Source: Chloroflexota bacterium (GTDB lineage: Bacteria; Chloroflexota; Dehalococcoidia; JABGRK01). Taken from it: DNA of 64,000 nt. This document shows, in pieces, positions 43,293 through 53,862 of the stretch (within the stretch, counting starts at the first letter, position 1; the number at the start of each line of letters is the position of its first letter). Under the pieces are notes generated by a model. The model saw nothing but the letters and a program-made list of their open reading frames with translations, did no database searches and had not been told where the DNA came from. The position numbers and the translations under genes were made by a program. The stretch is from positions 9,338 through 73,337 of the forward strand of contig JABGRK010000016.1 of NCBI GenBank assembly GCA_018648325.1, in the 5' to 3' direction.

Positions 43293-45004
43293 TGGTTTCC
43301 TCCTGGATTGTCGTTTATAATTTCGGCACCCATCTCAATGGCTGTATCAAGCAGTGTTTTCTTCTTCTGCTTTTTCTCGCGTGGGGTGAGCACGCAACGT
43401 ATTTTAAAATCGTTTCCAAATACTTTGTTTATAGTGTTTTCCACCATATGGCCGTACTTGGGGTCCTCGATTTTATCCTTGTGAAAGGGGTAGTAAAATC
43501 CCAAAACTATGGTATGGTCCTCAAGGTCTATGGGATCGCAGGCGCTTCTAAGCAGTGCATCCAGATTGCCCGTGGAGCCAACGCCGCGCAGTGCCTGTAT
43601 TACATAGTGCCAGTTTTTCTGGATGTATTCCAGATTTTTTTCTCCCAGCGGTAGCCCGTCCAGTTCGCTTGTTCCGGTTTTTACGTCCGCGGTAGCTGGT
43701 GTTACTTGTGTGGGCGCAGGTTGCTCTATCGGTGGTGGTGTTTGTTGTATAACCGGTGGCTGTTGCTGCACCGGCGCTTCAACTTTTGGTGCAGGAGGTT
43801 GAACCTGTATTGGCTGAGCAGGCTGTTTCTGTACTGGTGCGGGTTGAGCTTGTACGGGCGGTTGTGCTTGTTGCTTTACCGGCGCTGGTTTTTGAGCCGG
43901 TGCTGGCTGCGCAGGTACTGCAGTCGTTGTTTTGGGTAGTGACAGTTCAACAATGGCCAGTTCCAGTGAGATGGTAGATTGTGACTCAGCGTTATGGTTG
44001 ACCTGGCCCAGCAGCCTGATTGCCTCCAAAATCTGGTCGGCTGATGTTGTTGAGGCGAGTTTTTTCATTTCGTCTTCGGCTTCTTTTGTCAGATCGAGTG
44101 TGCCGCCAGCGCCAATTTTCATCATCAGAACGCCCCTGAGCTGTTCTACTACCTCTTTGGTAAACTGGCGCAAATCCAACCCATCGTTGGCAATAGCGTT
44201 TACGGCGGTAATTCCTGCAGTAACGTCTTTTTGCAGTATGTGCCTGGCTACCTGTCCGGCGCGCTGATCTCCCGTTATCCCCAGTAGTTCCTGCACATGC
44301 TGCACTCCGATGTTAGAGCTGGTTGATATTGTCAGTCTCTCAAGCAGATTCTGGGCATCGCGCAGGCTTCCCGTTGCCGCTTTGGCTATAAGCGTCATTG
44401 CGTGCGGGTCTACAGCAATGCCTTCTTCTTTGCAGATATACTCAAGTCGTCCGATGATTGCATCAAGAGCAATGCGTCTGAAATCAAATCGCTGACATCT
44501 GGACAATATTGTCGCAGGAATTTTGTGTATTTCGGTAGTAGCCAGCACGAAGATCACATGCGCCGGTGGTTCTTCCAGTGTTTTGAGCAGCGCATTGAAT
44601 GCCGAGGTTGAGAGCATGTGCACCTCGTCGATGATGTATACTTTGTATTTTGCCAAATCGGGCGAGTAGTTTACGTTTTCTCGCAGCTTGCGGATGTCGT
44701 CAACACCTGTGTTTGATGCGGCATCTATCTCTACAAGGTCCAGGTCTCGCCCCTCATTTATAGCGGTGCATATCTGGCATGTATTGCAGGGCTCCCCTTT
44801 GCCGTTTTCAAGGCAGTTGACTGCCTTGGCCAGAATGCGCCCGGTGCTCGTTTTGCCGGTACCCCTTGGTCCGCAGAAAAGATATGCATGGGACACGCGG
44901 TCTGAGGCCAGTGCGTTGGTCAGAGTTTGTGTTATATGCTCCTGTCCCACAATCTCGGCCAGCGTTCGCGATCGCCATTTCTGATAGAAAACTTGTGGAC
45001 TCAT
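43289..45004 (-). CDS. dnaX: DNA polymerase III subunit gamma/tau
   Basis: Walker A GPRGTGKTS, DEVHMLS, SRCQRF sensor. A Pro/Ala/Gln-rich linker follows, then a C-terminal domain. Confidence 0.95.
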   Translation of the reverse strand: MSPQVFYQKWRSRTLAEIVGQEHITQTLTNALASDRVSHAYLFCGPRGTGKTSTGRILAKAVNCLENGKGEPCNTCQICTAINEGRDLDLVEIDAASNTGVDDIRKLRENVNYSPDLAKYKVYIIDEVHMLSTSAFNALLKTLEEPPAHVIFVLATTEIHKIPATILSRCQRFDFRRIALDAIIGRLEYICKEEGIAVDPHAMTLIAKAATGSLRDAQNLLERLTISTSSNIGVQHVQELLGITGDQRAGQVARHILQKDVTAGITAVNAIANDGLDLRQFTKEVVEQLRGVLMMKIGAGGTLDLTKEAEDEMKKLASTTSADQILEAIRLLGQVNHNAESQSTISLELAIVELSLPKTTTAVPAQPAPAQKPAPVKQQAQPPVQAQPAPVQKQPAQPIQVQPPAPKVEAPVQQQPPVIQQTPPPIEQPAPTQVTPATADVKTGTSELDGLPLGEKNLEYIQKNWHYVIQALRGVGSTGNLDALLRSACDPIDLEDHTIVLGFYYPFHKDKIEDPKYGHMVENTINKVFGNDFKIRCVLTPREKKQKKKTLLDTAIEMGAEIINDNPGGNQ

Positions 45005-45114
45005 TTAACCATCCGCTTTAAAGATTATTATAATATGAAATCTATTTTAGCAGGTAAATCCAAATAAAGCACTGAATGAACTTGTGGATAATTACGAGGT
45101 TTTGGCCATATTAG

Positions 45115-45570
45115 TCAGTCTTCGATTCGTTTGATTACCACTGTTTCAATATCCTGCATCTGCTGCCTGTCTTCATCGTTTTCGTGATCATATCCCAGCA
45201 GGTGCAATACACCATGTGTTACCAGCCACATAACTTCCCGTTGGACCGTGTGTTTTTGCTCTTTTGCTTGCTCTATTGCGCGGGGATATGAGATTACCAC
45301 CTCCCCCAGGTGCAGCGTCTGGTCGGGCGGCATAACGAAGTCTTCGCCTTCAAGCAGAGCGAATGATATAACATCGGTGGGGGAGTCTATGCCGCGGTAC
45401 TCGCGGTTCATCTTGTGTATACTTGCATCATCGGTAATTACCAGCCCTAGTTCAAAAGAATTGGCGGTTTTTGCAATTTCAAGTGTAGTTTTAACTGTTT
45501 TCTCAAGCAGTGCATTGTCTATCTTATCGTGAAACTGGTCATCAATTTGTATGCTTATTAAACAGTTCAT
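45115..45570 (-). CDS. ybeY: rRNA maturation endoribonuclease YbeY
   Basis: HGVLHLLGYDH zinc motif. The start is uncertain: ATG 45570 chosen, the ORF track gives TTG 45606. Confidence 0.85.
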   Translation of the reverse strand: MNCLISIQIDDQFHDKIDNALLEKTVKTTLEIAKTANSFELGLVITDDASIHKMNREYRGIDSPTDVISFALLEGEDFVMPPDQTLHLGEVVISYPRAIEQAKEQKHTVQREVMWLVTHGVLHLLGYDHENDEDRQQMQDIETVVIKRIED

Positions 45571-45690
45571 ATCACGAATATTAGCATAGCTAAATATGGC
45601 GGTCAACGCGATCTTGAAAAAGATGAGCTAGTATATGTAGAATTCCTAGCCTATAGTCGCTATAATGTAGTAAGAAGGGGTTTAAAGCCG

Positions 45691-46650
45691 ATGGCATCTA
45701 TTTTGGGAGAAAACTTTAATTTAAGAAATGCAACAATGATAGCAGCATGGCCCGGTATGGGGCATGTCGGCGTTGGGGCTGCCGGCTACCTTAAGGAGAT
45801 GCTGGGTGCTGTGGATGTAGGTGGGCTTGAACTGCCTGAACTGTTTGATTTGCCCGGTGTTTTTGTGGAAAAAGGGTTGGCTCAACTTCCCAAATTCCCG
45901 GAGAGCAAGTTTTACATCTGGCGTAATAGTAATGCCGGAGGCGACCTGGTCTTTTTCCTGGGTGAATCTCAACCTTCACGCAAAGGTTATGATTATGCGG
46001 CTAAAGTGCTTGATGTGGCCCAGGAGCTGAATGTGCAGCGCATATATACATGTGCGGCAGCACCGGCGGCCATTCGCCACAGGCAAAAACCGAGGATATT
46101 GGCTGTGGCCAACAATCCTGAGCTGGTGGAGTATCTAAGGAAATATCAGGTTATTCTTATGGGTGACGGTTCCATCAGTGGCATGAACGGGCTGCTTCTG
46201 GGCGTGGCGGCGGAACGAAACGTGGGCGCTATTTGCCTTTTGGGTCAGTTACCGTATTATACAGTGACTATTCCCAACCCCCGCTCTTCCAAGGCTGTGT
46301 TGGAAATTTTGTGCAAGATGCTTGATATTGATGTTGACATGGACAATATGGATTCTCTGATCAAAGATGCTGATAACGAGATAGACCAACTGGTTAAGAG
46401 CTCCGAGCAGATGGAAGAGATGATGACCAATATGACGCCGGAATCGCCGCAGGCTCTTTCGGATGCAAGCGATAAGGTTAAATCTATTGAGGATGACATC
46501 AAAAGCCGTCGTCATATAGAGGCTCTTTTCAAGCAGACAGAACAGGATAGATCTAAGGTTGGTGAGCTTAAGGCAGAGCTGGACAGGCTGGATTTGTTCA
46601 AGGAATACGAGGACAGATTTTTGGGTCTGTTCAAGAAGGGCAATCAGTAG
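45691..46650 (+). CDS. PAC2 (proteasome-assembly-chaperone-2-like) family protein with acidic coiled-coil tail
   Basis: MIAAWPGMGHVGVGAAGYL.. and the body pattern resemble the bacterial/archaeal PAC2 family. The last roughly 100 aa are charged and helical. Confidence 0.65.
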   Translation: MASILGENFNLRNATMIAAWPGMGHVGVGAAGYLKEMLGAVDVGGLELPELFDLPGVFVEKGLAQLPKFPESKFYIWRNSNAGGDLVFFLGESQPSRKGYDYAAKVLDVAQELNVQRIYTCAAAPAAIRHRQKPRILAVANNPELVEYLRKYQVILMGDGSISGMNGLLLGVAAERNVGAICLLGQLPYYTVTIPNPRSSKAVLEILCKMLDIDVDMDNMDSLIKDADNEIDQLVKSSEQMEEMMTNMTPESPQALSDASDKVKSIEDDIKSRRHIEALFKQTEQDRSKVGELKAELDRLDLFKEYEDRFLGLFKKGNQ

Positions 46651-46806
46651 GCATCTGGATTGCTGGTACCCCTGATCTGACGTGTTTTTAATAACCCTAT
46701 AGCTTATGTTCATTGTTTAACCTCTTTTCTTGACAACATCGGGAAGCTGTGATAGCTTTTTTACATATTTATATATGAGACTAAAGTTCAATTAGGAATT
46801 TTTATA

Positions 46807-48471
46807 ATGAAAAGCGACCTAATTAAAAAGGGAATCGAGCGTGCACCGCATAGGACTCTTTTGCGAGCATTGGGATGTACTTCGGATGACTTTGACAAGC
46901 CTTTCATTGGCATCGTGAACAGTTTTAACGAGGTCATACCCGGTCATATGCATTTGAAGCAGATTGCCGAAGCGGTCAAGGCTGGCGTATACAGCGGTGG
47001 TGGTACTCCGTTTGAGTTCAATACTATCGGCGTATGTGATGGTATTGCCATGGGGCATATCGGTATGCGCTATAGCTTGCCTAGTCGTGAACTAATCGCT
47101 GATTCCGTGGAGATAATGGTTCAGGCCAATGCCTTTGACGCGCTGGTGTTCATTCCTAATTGCGATAAGATAATACCTGGTATGCTGATGGCAGCGGCCA
47201 GACTGAACATACCGTCCATCTTTATTAGTGGTGGGCCTATGATGGCGGGCAGAAAAGGCGGGCAGGCTCAGGCTCTTGATCTAAACTCTGCATTTATGGC
47301 TGTGGGCAAGGTGATAGCGGGTGAGATGACCGAGGCTGAGCTTGAGGAAATAGAGACCCTATCCTGTCCCGGGTGCGGTAGTTGCTCCGGTATGTTTACT
47401 GCCAATACCATGAACTGCCTGACAGAGGCTATGGGAATGGGCTTGCCCGGTAATGGTACCATCCCCGCGGTGGAGTCCAGACGTATTCATCTGGCCAAGG
47501 AAGCCGGCAGGAGAATCGTTCAGTTGCAGGCCGAGAACGTCTGCCCAAAGGATATTATTACCAGGCAGTCTATTGAAAACGCTTTTGCGCTGGATATGGC
47601 ACTTGGCGGCAGTACCAACTCGGTGCTGCATGTTATGGCTCTGGCCAGTGAAGCTGGCGTTGATTTTTCACTTGATGCCATTGATAAGATAAGTAAACGT
47701 ACGCCGCATCTGGCCAAGATCAGTCCTTCGAGCGATCAGCATATACAAGACCTTGATCTTGCCGGTGGAGTATCTGCGGTGATGCAAGAACTTGGGGAAG
47801 ACTTGCTTAATACGAATGCAATAACGGTTTCCGGTAAAACCGTGGGACAGATAGCAAAAGACGCCGTCAACCGGGATGAAAACGTAATTCATTCTAGGGA
47901 TAACGCTTATTCCAAATCGGGTGGGCTGACCATACTGTTTGGCAATTTAGCCCCTGAGGGCGCAGTGGTTAAAAGCGCTGCGGTAGCGCCTGAGATGATG
48001 GTGCATAGTGGCCCTGCAAGAGTATTCAACTCTGAGTCCGAGGCGACAGCAGCCATTCAGGCCAGATCCATAAAAAGCGGTGAGGTAATAGTTATCCGTT
48101 ACGAGGGACCGCGAGGCGGACCCGGTATGCCCGAGATGCTAACTCCTACCTCAATGCTCAGCGGCATGGGTATGGACAAGCAAGTGGCGCTTATTACCGA
48201 CGGACGATTTTCTGGAGCCACGCGAGGTTCTGCCATAGGCCATATCTCTCCAGAGGCGGCAAGCGGTGGCCCGATAGCGGCAATTAATGAGGGAGATATT
48301 ATCTCCATAGACATACCCAATCACAAGCTCAGCGTCGATTTAAGCGACGATGAAATTGAAAAAAGACTTGCGGCGTTGCCTACGTTCGAACCCAAGATAA
48401 AGAGTGGATATTTAAAACGCTATGCTGAGATGGTGACATCTGCCAGTACAGGGGCGGTGTTTACCAAATAG
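46807..48471 (+). CDS. ilvD: dihydroxy-acid dehydratase
   Basis: CDGIAMGH and [18 protein letters not shown] motifs, 554 aa. Confidence 0.95.
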   Translation: MKSDLIKKGIERAPHRTLLRALGCTSDDFDKPFIGIVNSFNEVIPGHMHLKQIAEAVKAGVYSGGGTPFEFNTIGVCDGIAMGHIGMRYSLPSRELIADSVEIMVQANAFDALVFIPNCDKIIPGMLMAAARLNIPSIFISGGPMMAGRKGGQAQALDLNSAFMAVGKVIAGEMTEAELEEIETLSCPGCGSCSGMFTANTMNCLTEAMGMGLPGNGTIPAVESRRIHLAKEAGRRIVQLQAENVCPKDIITRQSIENAFALDMALGGSTNSVLHVMALASEAGVDFSLDAIDKISKRTPHLAKISPSSDQHIQDLDLAGGVSAVMQELGEDLLNTNAITVSGKTVGQIAKDAVNRDENVIHSRDNAYSKSGGLTILFGNLAPEGAVVKSAAVAPEMMVHSGPARVFNSESEATAAIQARSIKSGEVIVIRYEGPRGGPGMPEMLTPTSMLSGMGMDKQVALITDGRFSGATRGSAIGHISPEAASGGPIAAINEGDIISIDIPNHKLSVDLSDDEIEKRLAALPTFEPKIKSGYLKRYAEMVTSASTGAVFTK

Positions 48472-48483
48472 GGGGCAGTACTT

Positions 48484-50175
48484 ATGAAGCTAAACGGTGC
48501 GCATATACTATGCGATGGACTGGTAAAAGAGGGTGTAGAGATTGTTTTTGGCTTTCCCGGCGGGAAAGTTATAGAGCTGTTTGATACGTTTGCTCATTAC
48601 CCGCAGCTTCGTTTTGTACTGGTCAGACATGAGCAGGCTGCGGCCCACGCCGCTGATGCTTATGCACGCGTTACCGGCAAAGTAGGGTGTTGTGTGGCCA
48701 CTTCTGGTCCTGGTGCCACTAATCTGGTTACGGGGATTGCCAATGCCCATCTGGATTCGGTTCCAATGGTTGCTGTAACCGGACAGGTAGACAGAGGCTC
48801 ACTGGGCAGGGATGCTTTTCAGGAAGTAGATATAACCGGAATAACGCTGCCTATTACCAAGCACAACTATCTGGTAATGAAGTCCGATGAAATGGCTGAG
48901 GCTGTCAAAGAAGCATTTCATATTGCCGGTACGGGTAGGCCCGGGCCAGTTCTGATTGATGTGCCCAGTGATGTTTGGGTGGAGCAGTCAGAGTACACCT
49001 ATCCCGAAAAAATTGAGCTACCGGGATATAAGCACAAGCTTCCGGTGTATCCTACGCAGATAAAGAAAGCATTGAAAGCTATTTCTGAGGCCAGGCGCCC
49101 AATAATAGTCGCGGGCAACGGTGTAATAATTTCCAATGCTCATGTTCAGCTTAAGGAATTGGCGGAAAAGGCGCAGATTCCCGTTGTAAACACCTTGCTG
49201 GGGTTAGGATGTTTTCCGCAGGATCATGTGCTCTACTATGGAATGACCGGAATGCATGGCATGGCTTACGCCAATTATGCACTCAATGAAGCTGACCTGA
49301 TAGTTGCAATTGGCATGAGGTTTGATGATCGTGTTACCAGCAAGCTAAGTACTTTTGCTCCTCGCGCAAGTGTGGTGCACATTGATATTGATCCCGCCGA
49401 AATCGGTAAGAATGTAAAGGCAAATGTTGCTGTAGTTGGTGATGTAAAAGAAGTGCTGACCGCACTTAACAAGGATATTGAGACACTGTCTCATGGTGAT
49501 TGGTTAAAACAGATTGAGCAGTGGAAAAGCGATCATCCGTCGCATGAAATAAGGGATACGGATCGGTTGCTGCCGCAATATGTGGTACGGTGCATCAGCG
49601 ATGTAAGCGGGGGTGATGCGGTTATTGTTACAGGTGTGGGGCAGCATCAGATGTGGGCTGCTCAGTTTTCGGTTATTAACAAACCGAGAAGTTTTGTTTC
49701 ATCCGGTGGACTTGGAACCATGGGTTTCTCCTTACCGGCGGCCATAGGCGCACAGATGGGGCGTCCTGATGAAACGGTCTGGTCTATAGACGGTGATGGC
49801 AGTTTTCAGATGACACTGCAGGAGTTGGCCACCATTGCGCAGGAAAAGCTTCCGGTAAAGATAGCCATCCTTAATAACGGATATCTTGGTATGGTAAGGC
49901 AGTGGCAGGAATTCTTCTGGGATAAGCGCTATGTTGCAACGCCGATTGCCAGCCCTGATTTTGTTAAAATAGCCGAGGCATATGGAATTGAGGCCATGAG
50001 GGTAACTAACAAGGCTGATGTACTGCCAGCCATTGAGAAGGCTACGAATTATGATGGTCCGTTCCTTATCGATTTCAGGGTTGAGCCTGAAGAGAACGTT
50101 TTACCTATGGTAAAATTAGGTTCTGCGATAAGCGAACTGATCGAACAACCGAAAAGCGAGGTGAGCACATGGTAG
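48484..50175 (+). CDS. ilvB: acetolactate synthase large subunit
   Basis: ThDP motif GGLGTMGFSLPAAIGA..DGDGSFQM..NNGYLGMV. Confidence 0.95.
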   Translation: MKLNGAHILCDGLVKEGVEIVFGFPGGKVIELFDTFAHYPQLRFVLVRHEQAAAHAADAYARVTGKVGCCVATSGPGATNLVTGIANAHLDSVPMVAVTGQVDRGSLGRDAFQEVDITGITLPITKHNYLVMKSDEMAEAVKEAFHIAGTGRPGPVLIDVPSDVWVEQSEYTYPEKIELPGYKHKLPVYPTQIKKALKAISEARRPIIVAGNGVIISNAHVQLKELAEKAQIPVVNTLLGLGCFPQDHVLYYGMTGMHGMAYANYALNEADLIVAIGMRFDDRVTSKLSTFAPRASVVHIDIDPAEIGKNVKANVAVVGDVKEVLTALNKDIETLSHGDWLKQIEQWKSDHPSHEIRDTDRLLPQYVVRCISDVSGGDAVIVTGVGQHQMWAAQFSVINKPRSFVSSGGLGTMGFSLPAAIGAQMGRPDETVWSIDGDGSFQMTLQELATIAQEKLPVKIAILNNGYLGMVRQWQEFFWDKRYVATPIASPDFVKIAEAYGIEAMRVTNKADVLPAIEKATNYDGPFLIDFRVEPEENVLPMVKLGSAISELIEQPKSEVSTW

Positions 50176-50732
50176 CATCAGTCAAGCATACACTCGTTGC
50201 ACTGGTTGAAGATAAACCCGGCGTACTCAATCGTTCTGCCAGCCTGTTCCGCAGGAGGGGATTTAACATTGAAAGCATTGCTGTAGGGCATTCTGAAATT
50301 CGGGGATTATCGCGAATGACCATTGTTGTTGATGGTGCCAGTACAGCCGTTGAGCAGGTTGAAAAGCAGCTCTATAAGCTGGTAGATGTTGTTAAAGTTA
50401 TTGACATCACTGAGGACCGTATGGTGTCTCGCGAACTGGCGCTGATCAAGGTTAGTGCCACCGCTGCTCAACGTAGCGAGATTGTCCAGATTGCCGACAT
50501 CTTCCGTGCAAGAATTGTTGATGTAGCTCCTGATTCGGTAATGATTGAGGTTACCGGAGATGAGGCTAAGCTTAATTCGCTGCTGGAACTGCTTAAAGAT
50601 TTTGGCATTAAAGAATTGGTTCGCACAGGACGTATTGCTATGGTTCGTGGCACCAGTGAAGCCGTACCCATAGACGAGGAGTCGGTGCAGAAGATAAAGC
50701 GTCGAAGAAAAAAAACAAAGACAGAAAAATAA
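50169..50732 (+). CDS. ilvN: acetolactate synthase small (regulatory) subunit
   Basis: ACT domain (HTLVALVEDKPGVLNRSASLFRRRGFNIESI). Overlaps ilvB by 7 nt. Confidence 0.9.
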   Translation: MVASVKHTLVALVEDKPGVLNRSASLFRRRGFNIESIAVGHSEIRGLSRMTIVVDGASTAVEQVEKQLYKLVDVVKVIDITEDRMVSRELALIKVSATAAQRSEIVQIADIFRARIVDVAPDSVMIEVTGDEAKLNSLLELLKDFGIKELVRTGRIAMVRGTSEAVPIDEESVQKIKRRRKKTKTEK

Positions 50733-50752
50733 ATACACTCAAGGAGTAAACA

Positions 50753-51748
50753 ATGGCAAAGATGTACTACGACAAGGATGCAGACCTAAACCTAATGAAG
50801 GGTAAAAAGATCGGTATTATTGGCTATGGCTCACAGGGGCATGCCCATGCGCAGAACCTGCGTGATAGCGGTATTGATGTGATAGTTGCTGAGATCGAGG
50901 GTAGCGAAGGATATAAACTGGCAACAGATGCCGGTTTCCAGGTGCTTCCCACGGCTGAGGTTGCCAAGGCGGCTGATGTTATGATCATACTGGTTCCCGA
51001 TCAGTATCAGAAGCAGGTCTATTATGATCACATCGAGAAAGGGCTTACCAAGGGCAATATGTTGATGTTCGCTCATGGTTTCAACATTCATTACAGCCAG
51101 ATAATTCCGCCGGCAGATGTGGATGTAACCATGATAGCGCCAAAAGGCCCGGGTCATATGGTAAGGCAGCTTTACACAGAGGGGTCAGCTGTACCGGCAC
51201 TGGTCGCCGTTTATCAGGATGCATCGGGTCAGGCCAAGGAGAAAGCACTGGCTTATGCCAAGGGAATGGGTTCCACCAGGTCCGGTGTGCTGGAGACCAC
51301 GTTTGAAGAAGAGACCGAGACCGATCTTTTTGGTGAGCAGGCCGTACTTTGTGGCGGTGCAACAGCTTTGATCAAAGCCGGTTTTGAGACTCTGGTTGAT
51401 GCCGGGTACCAGCCCGAGATAGCCTATTTTGAGGTCTGTCATGAGCTCAAACTCATCGTTGACCTGATTTATAAAGGCGGCTTTGAATACATGCGCTACT
51501 CTGTCAGTGATACTGCTGAGTATGGTGATTACACCCGTGGCCCGCGCGTAATCGACGAAATGGTAAAAGAAGAGATGGGTCAGATTCTTGCTGAGATTCA
51601 GGATGGTAGTTTTGCCAGAGAGTGGATTCTGGAAAATCAGGCGGGACGTCCCATGCATAACGCGCTCAAGCGCATTGAGGCCGACCATGAGATTGAAGAG
51701 GTTGGCAAGAAACTGCGCGGTATGATGAGCTGGCTGGATAAAAAATAA
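50753..51748 (+). CDS. ilvC: ketol-acid reductoisomerase
   Basis: [17 protein letters not shown] Rossmann motif, class I length (331 aa). Confidence 0.95.
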   Translation: MAKMYYDKDADLNLMKGKKIGIIGYGSQGHAHAQNLRDSGIDVIVAEIEGSEGYKLATDAGFQVLPTAEVAKAADVMIILVPDQYQKQVYYDHIEKGLTKGNMLMFAHGFNIHYSQIIPPADVDVTMIAPKGPGHMVRQLYTEGSAVPALVAVYQDASGQAKEKALAYAKGMGSTRSGVLETTFEEETETDLFGEQAVLCGGATALIKAGFETLVDAGYQPEIAYFEVCHELKLIVDLIYKGGFEYMRYSVSDTAEYGDYTRGPRVIDEMVKEEMGQILAEIQDGSFAREWILENQAGRPMHNALKRIEADHEIEEVGKKLRGMMSWLDKK

Positions 51749-51761
51749 TCGGAAGTAAGTT

Positions 51762-53279
51762 ATGGATAAGATAATAATCTTTGACACAACTTTAAGAGAT
51801 GGGGAACAGGCGCCGGGCGCCAGTCTGGACATTGACGAGAAGATAGAGATAGCAAAACAGCTTGAAAAGCTGGGCGTTGATGTGATTGAGGCTGGTTTTC
51901 CCGTGACCTCCCCGGCTGACTTCGAGGCGGTGCGCCGCATCGCTCACGAGGTAACGGATTCTGTTGTCTGCGGGCTGACTCATGCAAATGCAGACGCTAT
52001 TGATCGCACATGGGGAGCCATAAAAGATGCCAAAAAATCACGCATTCACGTATTTCTGTCCAGCTCCGATATTCACATAGAACATCAGTTGCACAAAACG
52101 CGGGATCAGGTTCTGGATCTTTCAGTGGCCATGGTGACGCGTGCCAAATCGTATTGCGACGACGTTGAATTTTCACCTATGGACTCCACGCGTACAGAAC
52201 CGGAGTTTCTTTATCGCATACTTGAGGCGGTGATAAACGCTGGTGCTACCACGGTAAACATCCCCGACACGGTTGGTTATGCCATGCCGCGAGAGTTCGG
52301 TGCGCTCATTGATAGTATTTTTAAAAACGTGCCCAATATAGATAAGGCTGTAGTGAGCGTACACTGTCATAACGATTTGGGTTTTGCCGTAGCTAACAGT
52401 CTGGTGGCGGTAAATAGGGGAGCACGTCAGATAGAGTGCACCATCAATGGTATTGGTGAGAGGGCAGGCAACGCCGCACTCGAAGAAATAGTTATGGCCG
52501 TTAACACTCGCAAGGATGTTTATAACCTTGAAACGGGAATAGATACAACACAGATTTATCGCACCAGCCGCATGGTGAGTGACTTTACCGGTTTTCTGGT
52601 GCAACCCAACAAGGCCATTGTCGGTGGCAACGCCTTCAGACACGAATCGGGCATACATCAGGATGGGGTGATCAAGGAAAGAGCAACCTATGAGATTATG
52701 TCTCCGGCCGATATCGGATTAACGGTAAACAGTCTCGTACTTGGTAAACACAGTGGTCGTCATGCTTTCAAAAATCGTCTTTTAGAGCTTGGTTACAAGC
52801 TGGATGATGATGATCTCAATCGCGCTTTTGCTGCATTTAAGGATGTGGCTGATAAAAAGAAAGAGATTGATGACAGGGATATCGAGGCGCTTGTTGCGGA
52901 TGAGTTGCGCGCTGTTTCTGAGATATATCACCTTGAGCATGTACAGGTTTGTTGTGGTGAGCCGGCGGTTCCAACCGCATCGGTAAAACTCAGCGGTCCT
53001 GATGGAGAACTTCTTGAGGGTGCTTCAGTCGGCACAGGTCCCGTGGATGCCATCTACAAGGCTATCAGTCAGCTGGTTCCAGTACCCAATGAACTTACCG
53101 AATTTTCCGTTAAGTCGGTAACCGAGGGGATTGATGCCATAGGCGAGGTGACCATCAAGATCGAGAGCGATGACCGTACCTATATTGGCAGAGGAGCGTC
53201 AACAGATATCATTGTTGCCAGCGCCAAGGCCTATCTGAATGCGCTAAACAGGCTTATTTCGGTAAAAAATAGGAGTTGA
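51762..53279 (+). CDS. leuA: 2-isopropylmalate synthase
   Basis: [20 protein letters not shown] and a C-terminal LeuA-dimer regulatory domain. 505 aa. Confidence 0.9.
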   Translation: MDKIIIFDTTLRDGEQAPGASLDIDEKIEIAKQLEKLGVDVIEAGFPVTSPADFEAVRRIAHEVTDSVVCGLTHANADAIDRTWGAIKDAKKSRIHVFLSSSDIHIEHQLHKTRDQVLDLSVAMVTRAKSYCDDVEFSPMDSTRTEPEFLYRILEAVINAGATTVNIPDTVGYAMPREFGALIDSIFKNVPNIDKAVVSVHCHNDLGFAVANSLVAVNRGARQIECTINGIGERAGNAALEEIVMAVNTRKDVYNLETGIDTTQIYRTSRMVSDFTGFLVQPNKAIVGGNAFRHESGIHQDGVIKERATYEIMSPADIGLTVNSLVLGKHSGRHAFKNRLLELGYKLDDDDLNRAFAAFKDVADKKKEIDDRDIEALVADELRAVSEIYHLEHVQVCCGEPAVPTASVKLSGPDGELLEGASVGTGPVDAIYKAISQLVPVPNELTEFSVKSVTEGIDAIGEVTIKIESDDRTYIGRGASTDIIVASAKAYLNALNRLISVKNRS

Positions 53280-53289
53280 GAAAAAAGTT

Positions 53290-53859
53290 TTGAGTCAGAA
53301 GATAGACAAAGATAAAATAGAAAAAGCAGTGGCTCTGATTATCGAGGCCATTGGTGAAAATATTGACCGGGAAGGTTTAACTGATACTCCCCGGCGCATT
53401 GCTGAAATGTATGAGGAAATATTTAGCGGTGTGCATGACGATCCGGCAAAAGCGCTGGATGTGGTGTTTGACGAAGAGCATCGCGAGATGGTTATCCTCA
53501 AAGACATTCCCTTTTACTCTATGTGCGAGCATCATTTCATGCCATTTTTTGGCACGGTGGATATTGGTTATATCCCGGATGGCCACGTGGTTGGTGTGAG
53601 CAAGCTGGCACGTGTGGTTGAGGCAATTGCCAAGCGACCACAGCTTCAGGAGCGTTTTACTTCGCAGATTGCCGAGACCATAATGGAAGGGCTCAAACCA
53701 CAGGGTGTTGCAGTGGTGGTTCAGGCGGAACATCTGTGCATGACCATGCGTGGTATTAAGAAACCGGGAAGTAATTTCGTAACGTCCGCTAACCGTGGAA
53801 ACTTTAGAAGTAAACCGGCTACCCGTGCAGAATTCCTATCACTGATTCGCAGCAAGTAA
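53290..53859 (+). CDS. folE: GTP cyclohydrolase I
   Basis: [10 protein letters not shown] and QERFTSQIA motifs. TTG start. Confidence 0.9.
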   Translation: MSQKIDKDKIEKAVALIIEAIGENIDREGLTDTPRRIAEMYEEIFSGVHDDPAKALDVVFDEEHREMVILKDIPFYSMCEHHFMPFFGTVDIGYIPDGHVVGVSKLARVVEAIAKRPQLQERFTSQIAETIMEGLKPQGVAVVVQAEHLCMTMRGIKKPGSNFVTSANRGNFRSKPATRAEFLSLIRSK

Positions 53860-53862
53860 AAA

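Noticed and set aside
44057-44068. An A6 run (ATG AAA AAA CTC) in dnaX was considered as a programmed frameshift or transcriptional-slippage site for a gamma subunit.
   Set aside because: In the zero frame the heptamer is G-AAA-AAA, not the A-AAA-AAG type. I saw no downstream stem-loop or upstream SD-like stimulator. The site is also earlier in the protein (about aa 315) than known gamma ends. The sequence alone cannot support it.
43706-44267. Several 70-110-aa plus-strand ORFs inside dnaX.
   Set aside because: They are generated by the low-complexity Pro/Ala/Gln-coding tract on the opposite strand and have repetitive Leu/Arg/Trp/Cys translations.
45005-45114. An SRP (4.5S) RNA gene was sought upstream of dnaX, where it often sits in other bacteria.
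   Set aside because: The 110-nt spacer is AT-rich and lacks the conserved GC-rich helix-8 motifs.
46655-46690. T-box-like GCTGGTACCCC followed by GTTTTT upstream of ilvD.
   Set aside because: It is only a partial match to the T-box consensus (GGGTGGTACCGCG). The spacer is too short (about 157 nt, partly inside the preceding gene) for specifier and antiterminator helices, and no terminator stem is evident.
46706-46720. Mini-ORF ATG TTC ATT GTT TAA (MFIV) upstream of ilvD as a possible branched-chain leader peptide.
   Set aside because: It has no RBS, lies upstream of the only plausible promoter (-35 at 46730), has no attached attenuator hairpins and is too short. It is likely chance.
51185-51940. 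251-aa minus-strand ORF spanning the ilvC/leuA junction.
   Set aside because: It is antisense to two unambiguous genes and crosses their intergenic spacer. It has no RBS and no motifs.
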